A stretch of 50,865 nt of DNA from Candidatus Hermodarchaeota archaeon. GTDB lineage: Archaea; Asgardarchaeota; Thorarchaeia; Thorarchaeales; Thorarchaeaceae. The stretch lies in assembly GCA_048885865.1 (NCBI GenBank), contig JBHLLF010000020.1, positions 1 through 50,865 of the forward strand. Reading direction: 5' to 3'. Positions within the stretch are counted from its first letter, which is position 1. Every line of letters begins with the position of its first letter. Position numbers and translations under genes: made by a program. The notes under the pieces were generated by a model. It saw only the letters and a list, made by a program, of their open reading frames with translations, was not told where the DNA came from and did no database searches. Positions 28,332-35,796 of this stretch are shown here, piece after piece.

Positions 28332-29420
28332 CTATCTCTCGCGCTTTCCTTCGATGAACTCATCGACGCGCTTTCTTGCTTCAAAATCATCTATCTGGTA
28401 TCTTGGATGTTTGAAGCTATAGGAGCTGATGCTTGAGAGTTCGCCGCCGACTCCACGATCCAGAGCTATCTTGACAGCTCTGGCAACATCGATTATTACT
28501 CCTGCTGAGTTTGGCGAATCTTGCACAGAAAGCTTCAGGTCAAGGTCTATTGGCAGGTCGCCAAAAGCCTTGGAGCGCATACTGATGTAGCATACCTTGT
28601 TGTCCTCAAGGAACGGGACATAGTCACTGGGCCCAATCTTTGTAGGTAGTTCATACTCAACACAACTTGTGACTGCCTCGGTCTTACTGATTCTCTTGGA
28701 TTGAAGTCTGTTCTCGACCTGCATATTCTCAAAGTCTGTGTTTCCGCCTATGTTTAGCTGGTACGTGTTTTGGAGGATTAAACCCCTCTTGTCAAAGAGT
28801 TGAGCTAGGACACGGTGCAGAATAGTGGCGCCAAGCTGGCTCTTAATATCATCTCCTGCAGCAGGAATTCCTTTCTTTTCAAAGGCTTGAGCGTGGGGGC
28901 TATTCGGATCAGAAACGATGAATTCAGGAAATGCATTCACAAAACCGACTTCCGCTTCAATCGCCGCATCTGCGTAGATTCTCGCAGCTTCTGCACTGCC
29001 GACAGGAAGATATGAAACTAACATATCTGCTTTGGACCTTCTAAGCTCCTCAGCAACATCGACAGATTCCATCTCGTTCTCGTCATAAGCGAAGAACGAT
29101 TCTCTCATATGTGGCGCTACTCCATCAGAAATCGGTCCTGGCAGGACTTTCACACCCGTCTTTGGGACATCACGATAGAAGGGCACACAGCAGTTTGGCT
29201 CTTCCCATATTGCGTCTGCGATGTCCTTTCCGATTTTTCTCCTATTTGCTTCAAAAGCTGCCACGAACTTCAAATCTTTGGGGAAGTATCCTCCGAAATC
29301 AACATGCATCAGGCCTGGTACTTCATCTTCGGCCTTTGCGTCTTTGTAATAATGCACTCCCTGGATCAATGCAGATGCGCAGTTTCCAAGTCCTGCAATG
29401 GCAATGCGAACGTCTCCCAT
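28332..29420 (-). CDS. ino1: Myo-inositol-1-phosphate synthase
   Basis: GLGNCASALIQG; SYLPVGS; GDDIKSQLGAT; YQLNIGGNTDF; DSPNSAG. Confidence 0.93.
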   Translation of the reverse strand: MGDVRIAIAGLGNCASALIQGVHYYKDAKAEDEVPGLMHVDFGGYFPKDLKFVAAFEANRRKIGKDIADAIWEEPNCCVPFYRDVPKTGVKVLPGPISDGVAPHMRESFFAYDENEMESVDVAEELRRSKADMLVSYLPVGSAEAARIYADAAIEAEVGFVNAFPEFIVSDPNSPHAQAFEKKGIPAAGDDIKSQLGATILHRVLAQLFDKRGLILQNTYQLNIGGNTDFENMQVENRLQSKRISKTEAVTSCVEYELPTKIGPSDYVPFLEDNKVCYISMRSKAFGDLPIDLDLKLSVQDSPNSAGVIIDVARAVKIALDRGVGGELSSISSYSFKHPRYQIDDFEARKRVDEFIEGKRER

Positions 29421-29486
29421 GAGATTACACCTTTCTCCTAGGTATTCTATAGTCATAGAATAGTTTCACTTTTTAAAACTTACGAG

Positions 29487-30314
29487 CTAGTCCTTTTCTT
29501 CTGCTTTTACCTCATCATCGTCCTTAGGCGGTACATAGTCTGTGTAGAGCAATTTCTTTGCAGTTACAACCGTCTTCGGTCCTATTCCGGGCAATTTGGT
29601 CCATTCGTCGGTTCTAGTGACCACCTCAAAGGGGGATCCAAATTTCTCTAGCAGACTACGTGCCCGAACTACATTGATTCCAGGGAATCCCGCGACGAAG
29701 AACTCCTGTTCATCTTCGACCGAGTCTAGTCCTTTTCGAGTTCTGATTACTGGAAGTCTTTTTCCCTTTCCTTTCTCGCTCTCAGTCTGTTCTGTAATAA
29801 TGCCAAATAGTAGGCCTGCTGAATGCGACGCGTTAAACCCAGAGATTATCTGAATTCCTCTCTCCCTGACGCTTTCAATTAGGGCATCCAGAGAACTTGG
29901 GTGAATATAGCTCGCCCTTTCCATGGTGATGACATATGGTTTACCCTTTGTCTGCTTCGTTTTGAATGGTACATACACACAGCCCTTCAAGGGGTCTCGT
30001 CGAATTGCTAGAATATTCTCAATCAGAAGATATGGCTTGTCGTACTCTAGCAGCGCATCCATTTGCTTTGTAAATCGGGGCACTCCAGCTGCACTGCCTT
30101 TTAGGGTGTTGACAAGATCAGACACTGTCTTTCTTTCTATTGCAATTCCCTCAGGTCCCAAAACGTCTCCAATAGGTATCTTCTCCACAGTGTAGGAAAT
30201 CTCTTCCTTGTCAAGCATGCTCATAAGCTGTTTGACAGCATTTGTTCGCTTTCCGCCTGTTTCGTGGACATCAATCACAACTTCAGGGACATTCCCAAAC
30301 AGGTCCATCTGCAT
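29487..30314 (-). CDS. Short XPF/ERCC4-family nuclease with tandem HhH
   Basis: D.HE; GD...ERKT..D; PGI...RA..LL..FGS; LPGIGPKT. Confidence 0.85.
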   Translation of the reverse strand: MQMDLFGNVPEVVIDVHETGGKRTNAVKQLMSMLDKEEISYTVEKIPIGDVLGPEGIAIERKTVSDLVNTLKGSAAGVPRFTKQMDALLEYDKPYLLIENILAIRRDPLKGCVYVPFKTKQTKGKPYVITMERASYIHPSSLDALIESVRERGIQIISGFNASHSAGLLFGIITEQTESEKGKGKRLPVIRTRKGLDSVEDEQEFFVAGFPGINVVRARSLLEKFGSPFEVVTRTDEWTKLPGIGPKTVVTAKKLLYTDYVPPKDDDEVKAEEKD

Positions 30315-30325
30315 ATTGATTCCTC

Positions 30326-30973
30326 TCAGAAAAGTGTCATAACAGCCGCCATTGAGACTTCGCGTGCAAGATTGGGATCATCTGCTGACCCAATGATGAT
30401 GACATCATTTTCTTCAGGTCTTAAGCTCTCAAGAATTAGAAGAGTTTCTCTCTCATATTCGATGAGTGTGTGAAAGTCATCAGGTGGCATGACGATGGAG
30501 CCGTTTCTCATAATCAGAGTAGTAGCTCCTGCACTATCATACCCTCCTCCTTGAATGATAGCTTCATCTCTCTGCCGGATCCCGTCCTTCACATCATCTC
30601 CTTTGTTTCTAACGAGATTTGCGTATGCATTCTTATACATGACAAGAGCTGATGCATCAAGGAATAGGCCTATAGGAACTTCCCTAGCGATTTCATCAAA
30701 CAACTCCTGTCCTCTATCAGTCAACCTCTGCCCCTGCTTTCCCTCTGGAGATATATACCCATATTCTGTTAGACGTTTCAAAAGAGTTCGCGCACTTCCT
30801 TCTCCCACGGAAAGATTCTGACAGAGTTCATATCTCCCGAGTGGTTGTCCACGTCCAATCATCACCAAAGCAACTGCTGCATGATGAGGTCCAAATGCGG
30901 GAGCCACTCTGCCATCTGCTGCTCCTACAAGTTGAATGAATTTCTCTTTCCAAGACACGCCAGGCCGCTCCAA
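30326..30973 (-). CDS. wHTH protein (DUF4443/DUF2111-like)
   Basis: LGRYEL...L.VGEGSARTLLKRL; G..QRDEAI..G..GATT. Confidence 0.75.
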   Translation of the reverse strand: MERPGVSWKEKFIQLVGAADGRVAPAFGPHHAAVALVMIGRGQPLGRYELCQNLSVGEGSARTLLKRLTEYGYISPEGKQGQRLTDRGQELFDEIAREVPIGLFLDASALVMYKNAYANLVRNKGDDVKDGIRQRDEAIIQGGGYDSAGATTLIMRNGSIVMPPDDFHTLIEYERETLLILESLRPEENDVIIIGSADDPNLAREVSMAAVMTLF

Positions 30974-30996
30974 ATTCTTCTATCCAGGCTCACTTT

Positions 30997-31596
30997 TTAC
31001 TCTTCGCTCAGCCCCGAAATTTCTGCTTCAGTATTCCATATTAGTGACGAAAATTGACTCCGGACAATAAAGTCCAGCCGGGGAGTCACAGCTCCAAAGA
31101 TTATGGCATTTGATGCTACATGAACAGCCATGAAAGGCAATCCTGATACAATAGCAAGCCAATAGGGAATGCCAAATGCCCATGAATATCCAAGATTAGT
31201 GAGCATATCAAAGAAGAACGTCAGGAATGCCCCTGTAAAGCCAAGTAGCCAAATCTCTCTAATTGAGTGCTTGCTACCACTTCTGTTTCTCCCCATGAGT
31301 GCACCAGCGGCTGTTATATACACCCAGCCAATTACTTGTGTTATCCAGATTTGAGGAATGAGCCCTCCCCAAGGATTAATGGATCCAAAAATAACCGCCA
31401 TTAGCACTGCACATAAGGCACCAGTCTGAAATCCAAATAGATACGCGGTCACAAAGAGAATCCCTGACCCGAGTTCTACATTGGGTATAGCAACAAAGAC
31501 ATAGTTTCCCACCAGCGCGAGCGCAGTCATGATTGCAGTTATGGCGACCTGGCGGCTTCGTGTTATCGAAACCTGCCGATTGATCTCCAACTGCAA
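30997..31596 (-). CDS. ECF transporter S component (CbrT-like, possibly cobalamin)
   Basis: AIMTAL...IPNVE; multiple TMs; HVASN; adjacent to a DUF4430-like gene. Confidence 0.78.
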   Translation of the reverse strand: MQLEINRQVSITRSRQVAITAIMTALALVGNYVFVAIPNVELGSGILFVTAYLFGFQTGALCAVLMAVIFGSINPWGGLIPQIWITQVIGWVYITAAGALMGRNRSGSKHSIREIWLLGFTGAFLTFFFDMLTNLGYSWAFGIPYWLAIVSGLPFMAVHVASNAIIFGAVTPRLDFIVRSQFSSLIWNTEAEISGLSEE

Positions 31597-31613
31597 TTCT
31601 ACACAACTCCAAT

Positions 31614-32369
31614 CTATTTTCTGGTTCTAATAGCAACGGCAATCATAATTAGGACCACTCCAGCGATCGCTACTGCCACCCAGAGCAAAACTGGGTCTTC
31701 TGTGGGTATATGAATTCCTTCAAGCTCAAGAATCAGAGTATAGGGAGTCCCAAACGAGTAACTGGTGTTAGCTTTTACAAGAACTCCCGTTTCAGTATCA
31801 TAGGCAAGAGAGGTCATTTGCGGTTCGCCAAAGCCCGTAGGATCCTGTTCATACTCAAAGACGATACAATCATACAGTACTCCATTGGACTCCACCGGTT
31901 CAAAAGATGACACCAGTGTGCCATTAAGATAGTTGCCCGCAACTCTCTCAGCAGCAGCGAATGCCGTTTGGTTCAGACTCTCAAAGTTGCTATCTCCAAT
32001 TTTCACTACTAGGCCTGGATGCCAGGGAGTGAGACCCCACACGCCCAGAGTTAGATCCTTGGCTATGTCTGTGTCATTTGCTGTCAAGGTCACATTACCA
32101 AGTTCCAATTGCCCTTCTACGTCTCCATTGATACCGGTTATATTGAATGTCATCTGACTACCTTCCTGAGCCAGCCAATTCCCTGTCCCTGAGAACCACA
32201 GGGAAAACGCCACTTCAGGAGCTTCTATCACATTCCAAGTGATTCTAGTGGGGACAGAATCCCTTGGCACGAGATTTGGACTATAATCAGTTGGGGCTCC
32301 TGCAGCTGGCGCAATGAAGAAGAGCACAATAAGAACGAATGGAATGGCATGTTTCTTCATATATGTCAT
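31614..32369 (-). CDS. Secreted protein with C-terminal membrane anchor
   Basis: Signal peptide; YD..TGVLV beta-rich motif; C-terminal TM plus RTRK. Confidence 0.75.
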   Translation of the reverse strand: MTYMKKHAIPFVLIVLFFIAPAAGAPTDYSPNLVPRDSVPTRITWNVIEAPEVAFSLWFSGTGNWLAQEGSQMTFNITGINGDVEGQLELGNVTLTANDTDIAKDLTLGVWGLTPWHPGLVVKIGDSNFESLNQTAFAAAERVAGNYLNGTLVSSFEPVESNGVLYDCIVFEYEQDPTGFGEPQMTSLAYDTETGVLVKANTSYSFGTPYTLILELEGIHIPTEDPVLLWVAVAIAGVVLIMIAVAIRTRK

Positions 32370-32887
32370 CAGTTCCTTCTTCTCATTAGGTAGAGGGCTA
32401 CCAAGAAACCTATTCCCAAAGATCCAAGTCCAGCGGACGCAACAGCGAGTGGTGCATACTGTTCAAAGCCATCGGCCGGTGTGGTTGATGGAGGTTCCAC
32501 TTGGGAATCTGTGAATCGCCAGACTATCGTATCATTGTCCTGAACTTCGTAGAAGTTAGCTGCAACTGAAGAGAATTCACCATTGACCCAGAACTGCCAC
32601 CAGAGTCCTGTTTCTTCCTTGCTTGACACTCCATTGATGGAATATACAAAGGCAAGATCGCCGGTCCAGTCCACCCCAACTATTGCCACGGATTCGGTGA
32701 TATTAAGAACAGTTGGTCCTTCAACCTCGGTATATGTTGATGTGGTCCCATTACCATAGTCGATGTGCAGTGACACGCCACTAGCATTTGATCTAAGATT
32801 GTGCGAGATGGCTACACTGTGGCTTGAAGCGTCAACTGGAATCACAATTAATGCAATTACAAGCATCAATATTCTCAGACGGTTCAA
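32369..32887 (-). CDS. DUF4430 / transcobalamin-like beta-grasp domain protein, membrane anchored
   Basis: IDYGNG; FVYSINGV...WQFWVNG....A..Y.V.D.D.I.W motif. Confidence 0.8.
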   Translation of the reverse strand: MNRLRILMLVIALIVIPVDASSHSVAISHNLRSNASGVSLHIDYGNGTTSTYTEVEGPTVLNITESVAIVGVDWTGDLAFVYSINGVSSKEETGLWWQFWVNGEFSSVAANFYEVQDNDTIVWRFTDSQVEPPSTTPADGFEQYAPLAVASAGLGSLGIGFLVALYLMRRRN

Positions 32888-32901
32888 GCTTACTCAATCC
32901 C

Positions 32902-32923
32902 TAGGATAGGTTAACCTATCCTA
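32902..32923. promoter_or_regulatory. Perfect 22-bp palindrome, probable operator of the DUF4430-ECF operon
   Basis: TAGGATAGGTTAACCTATCCTA lies between a minus-strand TTTATTA box (32935-32941) and the start codon. Confidence 0.7.
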
Positions 32924-32972
32924 CGATGATTATGTAATAAACATTGCTGATTTACTCTAGATCCGAACGGGG

Positions 32973-33148
32973 TCGAGGACACTCGGAATAGCGAATCGGG
33001 GGCATGAGAACTCTGCAAGGGGACCTTGGCCCCCCTATAAAGGGGACCCAAAGAACGAACGAACGCGGTTGGACGCAAGTCGCTATCGCAGTTTGTTACA
33101 TGGGAGGGGGATGCCCTACCGATTTCTCACCTCGAGTGTCCACGTCGA
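32973..33148. ncRNA. Putative structured ncRNA (unknown family)
   Basis: Nested helices 32977-32985/33133-33141, 32993-32999/33119-33125, 33000-33005/33111-33116; internal hairpins incl. GAC-GCAA-GTC; GC-rich intergenic. Confidence 0.55.
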
Positions 33149-33228
33149 GAAAATACCTTGAGATCCCCTTTGGTCCTCACATGAATACTGATTCACGTTC
33201 CTAATAAACATTGTATGGCGATAGGAAG

Positions 33229-33246
33229 CTACTCACATGTGAGTAG
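33229..33246. promoter_or_regulatory. Perfect 18-bp palindrome CTACTCACATGTGAGTAG
   Basis: Self-complementary; lies between the putative ncRNA and tmk. Confidence 0.55.
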
Positions 33247-33310
33247 AATGTGTTGTCTGGATATATTACGTCACCGAAGCATCTAATACTGTAATGAGCC
33301 CGGGACTCTA

Positions 33311-33973
33311 ATGCATGACGTAGGAGAAATCTCAGCTGTGAAAGGTATGCTTTTTGTCTTGGAGGGTGTAGATGGTGCTGGAAAGACAGCTGTATGTGAC
33401 CGATTAGTTGATGTAATGATCGACGAGGGCTATGACGTAAAAAGGCTAAGAGAGCCAACAGACGAGAGCGATTGGGGTCAAGAGATTCGTGCTCGTTCCG
33501 TCAAGGGTGAACTCACCCCAGAAGAAGAGCTGGAGTTGTTTATTCGGGACAGAGAATGGCATGTCCAAAATCGTATTCTACCGGCTCTAGAATCAGGGAA
33601 GATTATCCTCATGGACAGGTATTTCTTTGCAACAGGAGCCTATCAGTCCGCAAGCACTGGGTTGCATTGGAAGGACATCTTGAAGCGGAATCGAGAGGAG
33701 ATATCAGCTCCAGAACCGGACATCGTGTTCATACTTGATGTCCCAATTGAAATGGGTTTGAAAAGAGTCAGTGAACGAAAGGGCCGGCTCAATGTACAGT
33801 TTGAGCAATATGACCGCTTGGTCAGGGTTCGAAAGGCATACCTTGAGATGACCGAGGAGGACATAGGCAATTTGGTGTTCATTGACGCAACAAGATCAAT
33901 AGAGCTCGTGACAGCCGAGGTACATTATCATATCACGGACTACATCCAGAAGCAGAAAAATGGTGAAAGTTGA
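33311..33973 (+). CDS. tmk: Thymidylate kinase
   Basis: EGVDGAGKT, REPT, MDRY...AYQ, PD. Confidence 0.93.
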   Translation: MHDVGEISAVKGMLFVLEGVDGAGKTAVCDRLVDVMIDEGYDVKRLREPTDESDWGQEIRARSVKGELTPEEELELFIRDREWHVQNRILPALESGKIILMDRYFFATGAYQSASTGLHWKDILKRNREEISAPEPDIVFILDVPIEMGLKRVSERKGRLNVQFEQYDRLVRVRKAYLEMTEEDIGNLVFIDATRSIELVTAEVHYHITDYIQKQKNGES

Positions 33974-34108
33974 GTTCCAAATGGCTCCAAAAGGGGGCCC
34001 CAAAGAGTTATGCGGAGCATCTAGTGACAAGCTTTTTTAGGCACTCACCGCTGAACGTCTCAGACTAGCTCCTATAGACCAGTCTATACAGGGACCGGAG
34101 ATAGAAAA

Positions 34109-35248
34109 ATGCCCGTTGCCATGCTCTTGATCGACTGGGACAGCAAAATCGGCGCAGTGCTGAAGGCCAAGGTTCCAGCCGACTTCGCGGACTATTACCG
34201 AGAAGACTTGAACACCGAGATCATGAGGATATTTACCTCGCACGCTATGGGTGACGCCACAGCTGGTTTCTCATCCCTCAGTGTTCGCATTGGAGGAGAA
34301 GAGTATAATGTTGCCTCCTATTATACTGGGATTGTAAGAGAGGAGGAGCAATACTGTATCAGTTTGCTTCTAACCCCCTCTGAGGATCCGAAGATCTATG
34401 AGGCTGCAATCACTTCAATTGTATCGCCGCTAACGAATGCTGTCGTGGCGATGACCGATGCAGAGCTCAAGACGGAGCTCGACAATACATACAGGCGAAT
34501 TATACGACTCGCCGGCATGACTGATGAATCCAGACTTGCCCGTCTCTTTTCGGATGAGATTTCACGCGCGGTCTTTCCAAAACTTTGGAAGGGAGGCATC
34601 TCCAAAGAGGACCTTGAGGAATGGCTCAAGATGGTCACGGGTCTACCTAGTGTGTCAGTCGATTCAATTATCGCTCCATTTGAAGAGCTAGGTCTCGTAA
34701 AGAGTGAATGGGTCGATGAAATCGGTCGAACCTGTGTATTCATGATAAAGGATCTTGAGGTGTTTCGTGCTCCACCATTGCTCTCAATGGAATCTGCAGG
34801 ATCTGTGCTTGATCCTGAGCTCACTGCGGAATACAAGTCAGAAGTGCTTGAGTTCCTTACAGAATGGCAGAAGACACCGGAGGATACAGTATCCGTGGCA
34901 TCTATTCTTGCAGATCCAGACTGCTATGACACTCTAAATGAGCTCAGACGTAGACCCGTAAACATCTCGGAGCTCGAAGCCACCTTGGGCATTCCTCCGA
35001 AGGAACTAAAGCAGGCCATTCAGACATTGAAGAAGTATAGAGTAGTTTCAGAACGAAGAAGAAAGGGAGCATCTGGAGAATATGACAAATGGCTGTTCCT
35101 TCTCAATGATATTCGTGTGAGGCTCTTCTTCCCTGAATACTTCCTCCAGACATTGGTCACTGAGCTGGAGAAGACTCCTGATGATACAAAGGCGATGGAG
35201 ATGGTTCATCACCACCTTCGACTTCTGAGGGATAACTTTCCACGGTAG
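34109..35248 (+). CDS. Longin/uDENN-like domain + winged-helix protein (NPRL2/3-like architecture)
   Basis: N-terminal L..WD.KIG..L...P beta-hairpin typical of longin/uDENN folds; C-terminal wHTH-like segments. Confidence 0.6.
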   Translation: MPVAMLLIDWDSKIGAVLKAKVPADFADYYREDLNTEIMRIFTSHAMGDATAGFSSLSVRIGGEEYNVASYYTGIVREEEQYCISLLLTPSEDPKIYEAAITSIVSPLTNAVVAMTDAELKTELDNTYRRIIRLAGMTDESRLARLFSDEISRAVFPKLWKGGISKEDLEEWLKMVTGLPSVSVDSIIAPFEELGLVKSEWVDEIGRTCVFMIKDLEVFRAPPLLSMESAGSVLDPELTAEYKSEVLEFLTEWQKTPEDTVSVASILADPDCYDTLNELRRRPVNISELEATLGIPPKELKQAIQTLKKYRVVSERRRKGASGEYDKWLFLLNDIRVRLFFPEYFLQTLVTELEKTPDDTKAMEMVHHHLRLLRDNFPR

Positions 35249-35364
35249 ATGGAGGCTCCTAATCCGTTTCGTACCTTATAACCGACAGTATATGCTGTTT
35301 TACTAAAGGAGCCCTTTTTTGGGGCCACTAACCGTCTATGAACCGTCTTTTCGTTATTTCGGAA

Positions 35365-35740
35365 ACCAGAAAGCTTCTTATGTTGCATCATCAAAGTGTC
35401 GATTGGTCTGCACTCTATGGTGTAGGCTGCCTTTGTCGCGGAACGCACGACTTCCCCGTCAAAAGAACTCGCATTCACAACACACGGTCCCTTACGAGTT
35501 CTAGCATTGGACTCTTGGAGCCTGCGCTTCAAGAGGATGAATCCCCTTGCAAACAATACTTGCGCAAAGAGAATTTTCGCGTGCGTTCGGCCTGAAGGCC
35601 CGACGGATGCGGAGGATCGCCTAGCGAGCCTCTGCGTCCCAACATAATCTATTTGCTTCTGCCACGTTAGAATCCTGTATAAGCCGATGCAATCCCCAAT
35701 ACGAAGGGTTGACCGTGAATGCTTTAAAATAGCATTCAAA
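35365..35740 (+). ncRNA. Putative large structured RNA / leader (unknown family)
   Basis: At least six 8-11 bp helices; G-U wobbles consistently favour the + strand; long-range loop pairing 35471-35489 with 35711-35722. Confidence 0.6.
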
Positions 35741-35796
35741 CCTAGACTTAGTACCGGAAATATATCGTGATTTGCCAATTAGATGGTGAAACCTAG

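Noticed and set aside
32960-33200. Cobalamin riboswitch upstream of the ECF operon
   Set aside because: No B12-box or GGGAA/GCCACTG-type motifs on the minus strand, and a separate promoter lies closer to the gene
33004-33204. 66-aa ORF inside the structured element
   Set aside because: No RBS or protein-like features; better explained as RNA structure
35209-35778. 189-aa minus-strand ORF (and 35338-35595 +) in the intergenic gap; also RNase P RNA
   Set aside because: Atypical composition, antisense to the surrounding genes and overlapping strong RNA helices; RNase P GAGGAAAGUCC/ACAGAA consensus absent
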